Assembly (NCBI RefSeq): GCF_964213995.1
Contig: NC_135813.1
Coordinates: 13,764,001-13,828,000 of the forward strand
Reading direction: 5' to 3'
DNA from: Mustelus asterias
Taxonomy: Eukaryota
DNA: 64,000 nucleotides
Part shown: piece by piece, positions 50,813 to 64,000 of the stretch
How the letters are laid out: every line of letters begins with the position of its first letter
Position numbering within the stretch: position 1 is the first letter of the stretch
Program-made: the position numbers and the translations under genes
The notes under the pieces: model-generated
What the model saw: only the letters and a program-made list of their open reading frames with translations
The model's database searches: none
What the model was told of the DNA's origin: nothing

Positions 50813-51982
50813 TGTTGGAGAATTTGTCCCGAGTTTGGGTTATTTTTTTTATATAAAAAGGAACAACACTTTCTTGACGAAGAAATGACATTGTTATTGC
50901 TGCGATGCTGATTATGATAACAATGGAATAAATTGTTCCAGGTGTGGGGAGAACTGGCGGCGAGGGTGGTTTAACCGGAGGGGTGAGGCTTGGCTGGTGG
51001 CCGCTGAATGCGGGTTCTGGGGGGTGGGGGGTCTATTCACCCCCCCCCCCCCACCCATGACAGAAAGTTCACAGAGAAGGGGGGAGGGGGTGGGTGTATT
51101 AACCCACAACTTGTTGAAAAGACTCAGGGATTGCAGTGCTGTGATCGGATTCCAAATGAAAGTGACCAATTTTAATAAGAGTTTTAATGTTTCAGTTGAT
51201 ATAACCCGGGATAGGACAGCCCAGCCTCAAGAATACGCAGCTACAGAGCCGCATTTTGCTCACTGATTTGACTCCGCACCGTCCTCAGCACAACTCCATT
51301 CCCTAACTCCAATTCCCCAACAATTAATGAACATTTAAAAACACCAAGCTGAATATAAAATGACAGAACGCAAGATTTAGAACGAAAGGGAAGATTTGCA
51401 AATTGGTGGAATAGCAGAAACCGCCCGTGTCTCTCAGAAAGGGTATTTTTTTAAGCTTCATTCCTCGACAACATCTTTAAGGTGTTGCTTGGAGCTAATG
51501 TCCTCGGTTTCTCATCCTCTTGTGAGACCGGCCCGTTTCTCATTGCAGCAGCTTCAGGTTTACAGGAACTGGCTGAGATCTCAGTGAATATTGTCAGAGT
51601 TTGTGGTTCAGGTGAGAAAACAATTGGCCCTTTGGTTAAGACCAAGCCCAAGATCAGGCGCAATGTCAGCTTGGGTCTTGTGTGGACCGTGTGGACTCTC
51701 TTGTGAGGGACCGTGAATTGGCTTCAATTTGAATGTTTTGTTTTTGGAGCAGGCAAGGAGATGGATCAGGGGCTCGCCGTATCCACTCTGCCGCATTGGC
51801 TTTGTAACTTTGAGAAAGGAACAACATTGTTTAATAAAAATCACAGCCCCCCCTCCCCCCCCACCCCGTGTCGCTGCCGAGGCCGTGTAAAAACCCTGGG
51901 CTCCACAAAATGTTACTGTTTGGGGCAGTCAATGAGGAAGTTGCCGAAGATTGTAGAACGCACCTCGGTGATCCCATGCACG

Positions 51983-52152
51983 GGCGGGGGGGGGGGGGGG
52001 GGGGGGGTGGTGGACGTTGGAGGGTGGGGTGAGTTTGTGGAGGTGGGTTTGGGGGGAGGGGGTCGGTTTGTGGGGGTGGGTTTGTGGGGATGGGTTTGTG
52101 GGGGTGGGAATGGGTTTGTGGGGGTGGGTTTGTGGGGGTGGATTTGAGGGGG
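51983..52152 (+). repeat. G-rich low-complexity / (GGGTTTGTGGGGGT)n repeat
   Basis: A G22-type run followed by degenerate 14-mers. Potential G-quadruplex. Confidence 0.8.
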
Positions 52153-52299
52153 GCTCCTGAATCTCTTCCCATTAAATAAATAAACGCTTGAAATTGGCCC
52201 CGGCCATTGCGTTTGCCGAGTTGGGAAGAGAGTCGGTTTGACTGAGGCGGGTAAAAGTGCCCAATGAATATGGAAAAACAGCAGATAGGAGAAAAGTTC

Positions 52300-52385
52300 T
52301 GTAGAAGGGACTCGAAAGGTAAACTTCGTTTCTCTCTCCACAGATACTGCCAAACTGCTGAGTTTATCCAGAATTTTCTGTTTTT
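52300..52385 (+). mobile_element. Short Penelope terminal remnant in barhl1 intron 2
   Basis: TCTCTCTCCACAGATACTGCCAAACTGCTGAGTTTATCCAG, similar to 39440-39490. Confidence 0.55.
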
Positions 52386-52552
52386 ATGCGTGTATTGCAC
52401 TAAATAAGATAATAAACTTGTGTTATATTGTGTTGTTATATTGTGTGTTGTTATATTGTGTTATATTAAGTGTTAAAATGGGACAAACTTTAGTCCACTT
52501 TAACCACAGCTGAAGAATTCATTCTTTTCCCCCAATTTCTCGCCTCCAACAG

Positions 52553-52844
52553 GACGAAATGGAAAAGACAGACGGCGGTGGGACTGGAACTTCTGGCGGA
52601 GGCTGGCAACTACTCGGCTCTGCAACGCATGTTCCCATCGCCTTACTTCTATCACCCCAACGTGGTCTCCAACCTGGAACCAGCCGCCATGTACATGTAC
52701 CGGGGCCCGGCCGCTCCTCACCCGGTCATCCAGCGACCCATCGTCCCGCGGGTTCTCATCCACGGTCTGGCGGCGGGGGGCGAGCAGCCGCCGCCGCTCC
52801 CCGGCCTCGCAGGTGTCCTCCCCCGGCCGCCGCAGCCCCGGTGA
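52553..52844 (+). CDS. barhl1: BarH-like homeobox 1, coding exon 3
   Basis: Acceptor ...ctccaacAG|G, then TKWKRQTAVGLELLAEAGNYSALQRMFPSPYFY...PPPLPGLAGVLPRPPQPR*. The spliced CDS is 460+223+292 = 975 nt (324 aa), with compatible phases. Confidence 0.96.
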
Positions 52845-53345
52845 GCCCCTCCCACCCTCACCCTCCACCCCTCCTACCCCCTTTTCTCCTCCTCCTCCCT
52901 CCCCCCCCCCCCCCTTGGCTTGGACTTCAGTGGGGAAAACCCCTCACAAAACAAAATCAACACAAAAAAAGCTCCAGTATTTAAAACAAAGTGAAGCAAT
53001 TTTTAAAGAAGATTGTATTCTACACTATTTATGCCTTTTTATTTTCAAACTTTTCGTGTACAAAGTGAGAGGTTTTAACTGTGATACGAACATAGATTTA
53101 ATTTAAAATCATTTCCAATTCATCACGTAGCATCCATAGTTTATTACTTTTCATTTTAAAATATTTATAGTTTTTATAAACGGGAAATCAATTTCATGCT
53201 CTGAATCAGTAATAGGTGATGTTGCACTATTTAAAAAAAACTTTTTGTTGTTGCTGAACACTTAAATTGTACAATTTATTTATTTTAAAAATAAGTTACA
53301 ACGATTGACGAGTTTTTTCTGTAAATATATTTGTAAATATCCTCT
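52845..53345 (+). other. barhl1 proximal 3' UTR (AU-rich)
   Basis: Follows the stop codon. Contains ATTTA motifs, TGTAAATA x2 and TTGCACTA. The 3' end was not determined. Confidence 0.55.
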
Positions 53346-56300
53346 TGACGTTTCCAGCTTGGTTTCTAACCCTGCGTATCTTTGGTAAACTTCCACGTGT
53401 TTTGACTTTAGCTGGGTGTAGGTTGAAGACGGGAGAGATCACTAACCCCCCCACCCACCCACCCCTGTACACACACAAATATGATTATTTATTGAATACT
53501 GGAGCAGCAGTGGAGTTAGAACCCGGCAGCTGTTACCACACCAGACTGGGAGCGCCAACCCGGCTCCGGGAGCCTAACAGATGGGTAGCGAGATCTTGGC
53601 ATTCTCTGGCGCCCTCCTAACAGATATAAACAAAGCATCAAAAATAACAGTGTGTGTGTGTGTATGTATGTATAGATATATATATACACACACACACACA
53701 CACAGACAGAAAACAAAACCCAGGAACTGTTTGTTTCCATTTATCAAAATTCAACAAGTCAGCAACAGCGGGTTAAAATAGTTTGAAAATTTCCAATCAG
53801 TTCTATCTACAACCCCCCCTCTCCCCTTTGGTCTTGGGTCATTTTGTCCGAAATTGTTGTTAAGTGAATATCCACCCCCTCCTCTCCCCACCCCCCCCCC
53901 CCAACCCACGTCCCCTTTCAATTATAGATCTTAAAATATTTACATCGCCAATTACACCGTCAGTTTCCACTTCACGTCTTGCAACCTGGCTACTCGACAA
54001 ATAATGCTGCAAAGAAAAGTTTGATTGCTGGGTAAAGTGGAACGACTGTCCCTCCGAGCTGTGCGTTTATCTGTGAATCCTCTCTAAGCTGTCAGCAAGG
54101 TGTCAGTCACACATCAGTATTCCCACTTAACGCCGCAACAAGGGGAGAACAAGGGACAAGAGTACAACGGTTAATAGTCAGCTCCGAGACTTTCCAAAAC
54201 ATTCATTATTTTTATACCAGTTGATTGTCAATGGAGAATTTCAACACATCGAGACATTTCTTTCAGCCTTTCCCAGAACGAGTGACTCTTTCCGCCTAAG
54301 TTCCTGTTTACATTGTCATTTGTAAATTATTGAAATACAAATTATGGAAGAATGTCCGACACAGTTCATTTTTTTTAAGATTATATATCGGTCAATAAAT
54401 GATTCGCTCTTATTTATTAAAAAAGTGTACTGGCAAAACTCAGGTGTGTATGTTCAATTCTAGGAACCTTTAAACTGCTAGCCATCAGGGTTCTAAACAC
54501 AACTTTTATAGAATAAAGTACCCAAGACATAGTCTGATGCTCGTTTGCATGGGGACAGATTCCGGACACTCCTCAAAGGCGCCGATGTGATTCCTTCAAA
54601 GGTCAGCACCGTTTATCACTTCCTGCTTGTTTTTTTTTTCTCTCTCTATCGCACCTCTTGCTCTTCTTGTGCTGAAGGAGCGAGCAAATGATCTACTCTG
54701 AAGTCTTGGCTGTGTTACTCTGTTAAATTCGCTCTCCCCATTTTCCTTACCCTGTGCGGATAAATATCCCCCCACCCCCACCCCACCTCCCGGGGAACCG
54801 AGCTGAGATCAGTCCTGAAAGCCCAGGTGCTTAGGGTGGATGTTGTGTAGGGGTCCATCCATCCCACCATCACTAATGGCGGGGACGGGAGGGAACCCAT
54901 TGACACCTTAAAGAGAATTGAGCCAGTAAAGTGTCGAGTGACAACAGTTACCCAGTCAATTCAGCGCTGGGATCCCATATTAGATTAAAATAAAAACCAG
55001 TTAATGAGACTTCATAATTATCAGATACTTATGAGTCACTTAAAGGGTTTGCTTATAGAACGTTTTCAGTGTTATCATAAGGCTTGGACACTTTATGTCC
55101 TGTTGCAGGTTACAGGCTTGGAACTGTTGCGTTTTAAGTATTTTAGGTAACATTGTAACTTATTTCAATGTGAGGGAGACAGGAAAATTGTCCTTTCGAC
55201 TGGGGTTATATTTCTTCAGGTTTCCGTTGCTTTATGGATCACACTGGGGCATTTACGGGGATTAGGGGACATATTTGCTCTAAAGATGGATTTGATTGGC
55301 ACCACCCTGTGATGCGATCATTACCGTGCCAGGACCGATAAAACAGCAGCAGATTTCTTCTTGCAGTCAGTGGCCATCCTATACATGCATCTGCCTGCTA
55401 ATATTGCCTTTTTTATTATTTAGTGTAAATGATTTCCATCGACGCCGTTATAAAGGGACAAACGGGGTTTCTTGCAACCTGGTGGGTATGAATGCGAGTT
55501 TAGCTGTGATGAAAAACACGGACGATGTTTTATTTTGGTTTGATAAATTTTGATTCACAAAAACATGTTCTAAACTGGATGTTCAATATTTTTGAAATCA
55601 TAATTTATCACTTAATCAGGGCATTACCTTATGATCTCCCTATAAACCGATTACGTTTAATAATAAATTTGAACTTGCAGTCAATAGCCGAAAAGGATGA
55701 CACAAGATTTCACAATTTAAAACTTTCACTGCAACAAATGACTAAAACACTAGCGACCAAACACAATTTTCTCCTTCTAGGCAACTTATACTTAAACTGC
55801 AGAGAAGGACATTACCATTTTTAAGCTTATCATATATCACTCTCCATGGATTTAGAGTCCTTATAGTAAACAGTCCACAGTTGCTCCCAGTTTAGAAAAG
55901 GTTCCGGTATTCTCATTTTGCTGTGTAGTAACATCAAGTGACCATTTCCAGGTGGCTTTTAGAGAGTTCTTAAACCAGCAGTTTGATTTGTCTTCCTCCA
56001 GCTGGGTCAGGATAAATCTCCTGGACTCTTTAACTACCGACAGTATGTGTCGTCTAAACCAAAGGCCCTCTCCTCCGCACTTCTGATTATGGTAACTCAC
56101 AAAGTTTGCAACTTCTCTGCTGACTGTGGTAGGGAAGTCTTTTACCTAGATCTCAAAAATAGATCCTCTTCTGCATAGCAATGTGAAACCACGCAACCAC
56201 GTAGAAATACTAATCAGCCATCCTTGACCTCAACTCACTTTCACCTCAGAACTAAATGGACAGTTTACAGCACCGCTGTTTAAAACCCAGTGGCTACAAC

Positions 56301-56665
56301 ACCTTTCTGGTCCACTCATTATAAACTCAAACTGCTGCCGTTGTCACCAGTTGTAAATACCTTGCACCTTCGTCCCAATAAAACAATCTAAACCTCTCTT
56401 TGATCTTTAACACTCAAACCAGCCAAAATTACTGTCAGACAGACTGTAGAACAGGTCACATGACCCCTCCTTTCACCCTAAGTTTAAAGTTAGTACCAAA
56501 ACATCTCAAATCTCATATTTGTAACATGCAACCTGTTATTACATTTAAACAAGACCATTTATCAAAATGAGAATATAAAGAATTTATAAATAATAATAAA
56601 TGCCAAAAATAAAGTGGTTGGAAAAACTTGAAATCAAAACGAGAATTTGATTAAGCTGTTTCTTT

Positions 56666-57292
56666 ATAAACCATAGAACAGCCAGAGCACAGGAGGCCTT
56701 TCGGCCCATATTTCCCATGCAAGCCCAAGGACACCCAGTTATCCTTTCTAATCCTACCTTCCTCCACCTGGCCCAAAGCCCTGCAGCTTACAGCAGATCC
56801 AGGTACTTTTTAAAAGAGTTTAGGGTCTCTGACTCCACCACCAACTCAGGCAGCGAATTCCAGACACACCTCCCTTTGCAAAAAGTTCTTCCTCGCGTCC
56901 CCACTACAGCTACTGCCACTCATCCTGAATCTATGTCTATTGGTTCTAGAATTCCCCACCAAGGGAACAATTTTATCCTGTCCACTCCATCTCTTTCCTT
57001 CATAATTTTGTCTTCTTTGTTCCAAGGAAAATAATCCCAACCTATCCAATCCCTCCTCATAGCTACACTTTTCCAGCCCTGCCAACATTCTTGTAAACCG
57101 CCTTTGCATTCTCTCCAGAGCAATTACATCCTTCCTGTAATGTCGTGACCAGAACTACACACAATACTCCAGTTGCGGCTTCACCAGTGTTTTATACAAT
57201 TCCAATATTATATCCTCATTTATATTCTACACGTCTGCCAATGAAGGAGAGTATTCCATATGCCTTCTTTACAACCTTGCCTACTTGAACTG
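56666..57292 (-). mobile_element. Degenerate CR1 3' fragment
   Basis: QRRFTRMLAGLEKCSYEEGLDRLGLFSLEQRR; upstream LVKPQLEYCV. Confidence 0.88.
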
Positions 57293-57934
57293 TGATATTA
57301 AAACCTGTGACATTAACACATCCTAAACAGCAACATGATACTCATTGTACAATAATGCATTTTTTGGTGTTTGGAATTGCAGAGTTTTTTCCAAAGTTAA
57401 ACCTTCTCCCCCCCCCCAAATAGTTGCAATTATGGGCAAAGCGTGAGGGCCTGGTTGGTTGCTTATCCTGTATCTTGTGCACTGTCTGCAAGTAGGGAAA
57501 CCAGAGACATTACCCAAGGACGCGTTTGTTATTGCACTGGATGTGTTAGCTTGTCCATCGAACGTTTAATTACCATTATACCGGCAAAGGACTTTCCGCT
57601 GTCAGGTTAAGAGGGTTCAGCGGACTAAACTCAGCACATCAAGTACTGCATTCCTGGAGGATTGGAAGGATGTATGTAGTATGCCTGATAAGCAAGCTTG
57701 CAAAAACAAACCCGGCAGTGCTGATCTCTGCAACCGAATGCTGCATCGCTCTTATTGAACTGACGGAACATAGGACATAGTTTGTCAACGGTGTTGTATT
57801 TCAGGGTATGTATATACACCATAAATATTCATTGGTGTCTTTTTACGCACCCCATTAGCTGGCCGTTGTACTAAGTTTATTAGAGGGCAATTCAGGTTGC
57901 ATTTTCTGCAGTTAGTTCTGATCACAGTTAGTTG

Positions 57935-57936
<2 letters not shown>

Positions 57937-57979
<43 letters not shown>
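57937..57979. repeat. (AT)n(AG)n microsatellite
   Basis: Direct reading. Confidence 0.9.
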
Positions 57980-57980
<1 letters not shown>

Positions 57981-59184
57981 CAACCTTTCCCTTCCCAACC
58001 TGTCGATAGTCCCATTTAGGTGTGAATTCAGAATGGTTAGCTTCAGATGTTTAACACACAGTTCATGCGGAAGTCTATCCGATTCGGACGATACCAATCT
58101 AATATGGACTGAGGTGCACCTCCATCATCCCCTTCACAGTTGTACAGAGTATCAGGTAACAGTCGGGTACAGCTGCTGTGTGGGGCCTCCCTCCGGCACA
58201 AAGTGAGAGCATTGGGTGATATTCAGCTTGGGTGAATGAGATTTGAATGAAATACTATTGGCGGCTCCCAAATCTCTCTCTCTGCCGGTTGCTAACAAAT
58301 GAATCGCGGCCCCCACTAAAATGAAAGGTGGGGTTCAGCCCAACATGGTTAACACCCACCCACAGATGCAGCCCCCCCCCCCCCCGATGTCCTCTTTAAA
58401 ACGGGGGTTCAGGTAAAATGGACATGAAGTTTAACCACCTAGGTAGCCACTTCACTCTCCAATTAGAAATTGGTCGAAAGATTCGCTGTATTTAGAATAT
58501 GAAAAAAAAGACTCTTACTCCAGATCTGAAACACTAACGTTAAAGGATGTGAGCAGAATCCCTTTAATGAAACAAATCACCAAACGTTAAAATTAACCAG
58601 GGTTATTTTAACCGCCCTGGTTTCTCCCTAAAAAGAAATGCCTCTGTGATAATTAGCATTTTCTAGTTAGGGAGGTTTGATCACCTTCTAATGAACAATG
58701 AAATTATATAAACATCATTAATAGGTAGAGTCTAAAGTACAAAGGACAGCCACTAATCCGAACGTGTCAGCTTCGAATACAACAGACTAACGTGGCTCTC
58801 AGAAGCTGACGGGCGCCTGCTAAATAAAATGGAAGGAGAGAAAGGGCGTTATTTAAATATTAGTGTATTGGAAGAATAACAAGGGCACTCCAGCCATGAG
58901 ATTTTTTTTAAAAAAAGAGTGACTTTTCCTCTTACCGTCCACTGCGAGTTGTAAGTATGATTTTTGAACAATGGAATGATATTTCCTTAACAATCATCAG
59001 ACACACACACACACAGTCACTTGTCCTCGGCTGGGAGATCAGTTCCACACTGTGGAGTCAGTGTTAATTTTCTGGAGGCACAGATCAGTCCTCAAAGTTG
59101 GTAAACACTAAGTTACTCAATCTGATACAAGCCTACACCAACAACAGGAAAATACAAGAGGGGGACTAACCCCCACCACCCCAA

Positions 59185-59457
59185 GCTTTTATTTATTATT
59201 AATGACACAAGTAAGGCTTGCGTTAACACTGCAATGAAGTTAGTGAAAATCCCCTAGTCGCCACACTCCCGCGCCTGTTCAGGTACGCTGAGGGAGAATT
59301 TAGCATAGCCAAGGCACCTAACCAGCACATCTTTTGGACTGTGTGGGGGGGTGAGGGGGAACCATCGCAGACATGGTGAGAACGTACAGACTCCGCACAT
59401 AGTGACCCAAGCCGGGAATCAAAGCCAGGTCGCTGGCGCTGTGCCACCGTGCCGTCC
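59185..59457 (-). mobile_element. tRNA-derived SINE, tail type B, with internal deletions
   Basis: Same family as 29718-30014. Confidence 0.8.
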
Positions 59458-60039
59458 CATTAGTTTGAATTAACACAAGTTAGGATATTATTCGAGAGAC
59501 AGGAGCCTGTCAACGTGTTGAGGTGGCACTGAAAACATGCTCCAGCTTTGCTTTAGGGTTTTAGCACAACATCTCAACTCCTTCAGTGCTTTGTAATGGA
59601 TCTCAGTCCATCCTCAATGCTTTATCACCTTTCCCTTTGTACGAGAGGAGTTTAGTAGTTTCAAATTTGTGGAAAAGCACGACTTATTCTTAGTTAGGAC
59701 ATATTTCTGTTATTTCATACTATGCAGACCCAACTCCTTGCAAATTAGGTGGAACAGAAAGTACCTGTTCCCCATTTTAATTTCTGTAACAGTTCTTCCC
59801 AACCGTCACATCTCAGTGCTGGTTTGAGCACACTGATGCCGGCTTTGATGTGTTGATGAATAAAACTGGTCTCAAATGGAATGATTAGGAAAAAGGAAAC
59901 AGGCAAAGCTTGAAAGAAAACACAATAAAAAGATTTGAGAAACAAGGGCAGTTTAGTTTGGCCCTTTCATATCTTTTGAAGCCTTCAGAATCCACATTCA
60001 ATCATCCCACGATTCAAAATGAAAATGCTCTCTTTCTAA

Positions 60040-60640
60040 TGTGGAAGATCTGAGCTGTGTGCAGCGCTTAATGTATTCTCTGAATAGAAATAAAATAAAA
60101 TATATTGGCATGTTTACATTTGCTGCAGGAAGATTCTTGCAGCTCTCCAAGGACAATGAATGGAAAAAAAAAGTTGCTGAAGTGCGTAGGAGAGAGATAT
60201 GGCTAAGTGCAAGCAGCTGATTAAATCAAGAAGTTTTAAGAAATATATATATATATTTATTTGGAGAAAATCCGCTGTTTATCTGTGCTTGTTAGCATGT
60301 GAAAGGGTTTGGCAAATCCCCCTGGCCTTGGACAGGATTCTAACCGACTCAGGGTTAATGAAGTGACGGACAGAGTCTCTCTGAGGCTAGTAGAACAAAA
60401 AAGCAGCACAACAAAACAAGAGGATTCTGCAAGGATTGACTTAAACCCAGGGGATGATGAGGGGGTTTCATCTAATCTCATTGCTTAATAATGAAATCAA
60501 ATAAGGGCACAAAAAAGTTTTTTGAAAAAATAAATTTATAACCCATCAAACCCCATCTCAAAGAATAATGGCTCATGCACTCGAGTGGATGAGGTTTACA
60601 ACTAACCTATAATTAGAATCTGAAGATTAATTCTCTCTTT
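60040..60640. promoter_or_regulatory. Candidate downstream (3') enhancer of barhl1
   Basis: Unique sequence with TGTTTAC (Fox), ACAATG (Sox), CAGCTG at 60214, TGATTAAATCA and TAAT motifs. Confidence 0.35.
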
Positions 60641-61533
60641 TGTTTTAATGAGTTACAAAGCTATACCGGTAGCTTTCAAAAATATATAATGTACACAACC
60701 TAGAAATGGCAGAACGCTCCAGCTCAGCCTGGCAGCACGGAAAAGTCGGAAAACCGTCCAAGAAATACTAAAGTCATAAAGGAACAGAGCTTTGAAAATC
60801 CAAGGCTCAAAACTGGACAACTGACACAGCTGAAAATATTTCCAATTTATTTATTTTATACTGTCTTAGTCACTGTTAATACTTGCTTCAAATAAAAACA
60901 TTTTGGTTTTAATAAAATGCCAAGTTCTAACACGGAATTGAAAATTAAAAACCCCGATACCAAAATTCTATAAAACTCCTATTTTACAATACATTTGTTT
61001 ATTCCTTTAATTTTTAAAAATAAATATCAGTTCCATCCTTTCATATAACCTTCTTTCTACTCTTTTGAAATCTCAGGACAGGCACTAATCTTATCAGCAT
61101 TGTACCTTTGAATTCAGACCACGATTAGATAACATAATTGATAGTAGTCCAGGTTATGATAGGTCTTTAGGCTGGATTATAGATATCGTCAAAGGGGTCT
61201 TCAGACTTCCTAAGATGTATTCAGATGCAAGTGAAACATATTGTATGGCAAGGCTGAAAAACAGGGAGCTAATACAGTGCAAACCTCGGGTGTAAGTCAC
61301 CATGTGATGTCGACTGCAAGTCACCATGTGATGTCCACTGCAAGCCCTTGTACTACAAGACAGTGACCCACAAAGGGAGAGTTCTGGAACATTCAAGAAA
61401 TCAGAATTGTGCAAATCATAAATCTGATTTGATTTACCCAGGACTCTGCTCTCGATTATTCAGCCTGTTAGCTTCCTGCATTAGTCACCTCCTCATTATG
61501 AAGTGGACATGGGTTTTTGTTATTCTTTGCTTT

Positions 61534-63973
61534 AGTCAGCAGGAAATTGAGGAGCAATTTTGTAAGGAGTTTACAGAGAGCTCCAAGAAAAATAGGGTGG
61601 TAATAGTAGGGGACTTTAACTTTCACACCATTGACTGGGACAGCCATAGTATCAGGGGCTTGGATGGAGAAAATATTGCTGAGTGCATTCAGGAGGGATT
61701 TCTCATTCAGTATGTGGATGGCCCAACTAGAGAGGGGACAAAACTTGACCTCCGCTTGGGAAATAAGGAAGGGCAAGTGACAGAAGTGTTAGCAAGGGAT
61801 CACTTTGGGACCAGTGACCATAATTTCATTAGTTTTATGATAGCTATGGAGAATGATAGGTCTGGCCCAAAAGTTAGAATTATAAATTGGGGCAAGGCCA
61901 ATTTTGATGGTATTAGACAGGAACTTTCAAAAGTTGATTGGGGGAGTCTGTTGGCAGGCAAAGGGACAGCTGGTAAGTGGAAGGCTTTCAAAAGTGTGTT
62001 GACCAGGGTTCAGGGTAAACACATTCCTTTTAGAGTGAAGGCTGGTTAAATTAGGGAACCCTGGATGATTCGGGATATTGAGGCCCTGGTAAAGAAGAAG
62101 GAGGCATATGACATGCACAGGCAGCTGGGATCAAGTGGATCCCTTGAAAAGTATAGAGGGTGTAGGAGTAGAGTTAAGAGAGAAATCAGGAGGGCAAAAA
62201 GGGTACACAAGATTGCTTTGTCAGATAAGGCAAAGGAGAATCCAAAGAACTTCTACAAATACATAAAAAGTGCAAAAGAGTAACAAGGCAGAGAGTAGGG
62301 TCTCTTAAGGATCAACAACGTCATCAATGTGCAGATCCACAAGAGGTGGGTGAGATCCTAAATGAGTATTTCTCATCAGTATTTACTGTAGAGAAAGGCA
62401 TGGATGTTAGGGAACTTGGGGAAATAAATAGTGATGTCTTGAGGAGAGTACATATTACAGAAAAGGTGGTCTGGAAGTTTTAAAGCGCATCAAGGTAGAT
62501 AAATCCCTGGGACCTGGTGAAGTGTTTCCCAGGACATTGTGGGAGGCGAGGAAGGAAATTACAGCAGAGATATTTGAATCATCGACAGCCACACGTGGGG
62601 TGCCTGAAGATTGGAGGGTGGCAAATGTTGTGCCTTTGTTTAGGAAGGGCTGCAGGGAAAAGCCTGGGAACTACAGGCCGGTGAGCCTAACATCTGTAGT
62701 GGGTAAGTTAGAAGGTATTCTGAGAGACAGGATGTACAGGCATTTAGAGATGCAAGGACTGATTAGGAACAGTGGCTTTGCAAGTGGAAAATCATGTCTC
62801 ACGAATTTGATTGAGTTTTTTGAAGGGGTAACCAAGAAGGTAGATGAGGGCTGACATAGACTTTAGCAAGGCCTTTGACAAGATACCGCATGGTAGGTTG
62901 TTGCAAAAGATTAAATCTTACGGGATCAAGGTAGCCAATTGATATAAAATTGGCTTGATGACAGAAGGCAGAGGGTTGTTTTTCAAACAGGAGATCTGTG
63001 ACCAGTGGTGTGCCTCAGGGATTGGTGTTGGGTCCACTGTTATTTGTCATTTTCGGAGGCATGGTTAGTAAGTTTGCAGATGACACCAAGATTGGTGACA
63101 TAGTGAACAGTGAAGAAGGTTATCTAGGATTACAACAGGATCTTGATTAACTGGGCCAATGGGCTGATGAATGGCAGATAGAGTTTAATTTAGATAAATG
63201 CGAGGTGATGCATTTTGGTAGATCAAACCAGGGCAGGATTTACTTAGTTAGCGATGGGGAGAGTTATAGAACAAAGATCTCGGGGGACTGGTTCACAGCT
63301 CCTTGAAAGTGGAGTCATAGGTGGACGGAATGGTGAAGGCAGCTTTCAGCATGCTTGGTTTCATTGGTCAGAACATTGAATACAGGAGTTGGGATGTCTT
63401 GTTGAAGTTGTACAAGACATTGGTAAGGCCACACTTGGAATACTGTGTACAATTCTGGTCACCCTATTACAGAAAATATATTATTAAACTAGAAAGAGTG
63501 CAGAAAAGATTTACTAGGATGCTACCGTGACTTGATGGTTTGAGTTAGGAGAGGCTGGATAGACTGGGCCTGTTTTCCCTGGAGCATAGGAGACTTAGGG
63601 GTGATCTTATAGAGGTCTATAAAATAATGAGGGGCATGGATCAGCTAGATAGTCAATATCTTTTCCCAAAAGAAAGGGAGTCTAAAACTAGAGCGCATAA
63701 GATGAGGGAGTAGAGATACAAAAGGGTCCAGGGGGGCAATGTTTTTCCACACAGAGGGCGGTGAGTGTCTGGAACGAGCTGTCAGAGGTAGCAGTGGAAG
63801 CAGGTACAATTTTGTCTTTTACAAAGCATTTAGACAGTTTAATGGGTAAGATGGGTATAGAGGGATATGGGCCAAACACCTGCAATTGGGACTAGTTTAG
63901 TGGTACGAAAAGGGCAGCATGGACAAGTTGGGCCAAAGGGCCTGTTTCTATGCTGTAAACCTCAATGACTCTA
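61534..63973 (+). mobile_element. Degenerate CR1 LINE, 5'-truncated
   Basis: [38 protein letters not shown] and LVRPHLEYCVQFW motifs, with many stops and deletions. Confidence 0.93.
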
Positions 63974-64000
63974 GGTGCTTTACTGAGAAAACAGCACCTG

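Noticed and set aside
51713-52400. Gly-rich and Pro-rich ORFs in intron 2
   Set aside because: They arise from the G-rich simple repeat.
54000-64000. ddx31 exons expected downstream by human synteny
   Set aside because: No DEAD-box or DDX31-like translation was recognised. The gene probably lies beyond the window.

Overview
Vertebrate genomic DNA, most likely from a cartilaginous fish (shark) given the repeat repertoire: HE1/V-SINE-type tRNA SINEs, CR1/HER1-type LINEs, Penelope elements and Harbinger elements. The window holds a complete three-exon barhl1 homeobox gene on + (CDS 42579-43038, 47288-47510, 52553-52844; 324 aa). About 18 kb upstream is the last coding exon of cfap77 (24269-24391, +), which the ORF track misses; this matches the human CFAP77-BARHL1 gene order. 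The flanks are TE-dense, while about 39.6-56.6 kb around barhl1 is CpG-rich, almost TE-free and carries several enhancer-like blocks. The most unusual items are: (1) a ~330-nt polyA-tailed retroposed element with a perfect U2 snRNA head (nt 5-55), a second internal U2 stem-loop-I mimic and several hairpins (SINEU/Keno-like); (2) a decayed UACA-family coiled-coil segment antisense in the presumed cfap77 intron; (3) hammerhead-ribozyme-like motifs in Penelope termini; (4) short local duplications next to Harbinger MITEs. All family assignments were made by eye against recalled sequences, with no database search. TE boundaries are approximate.
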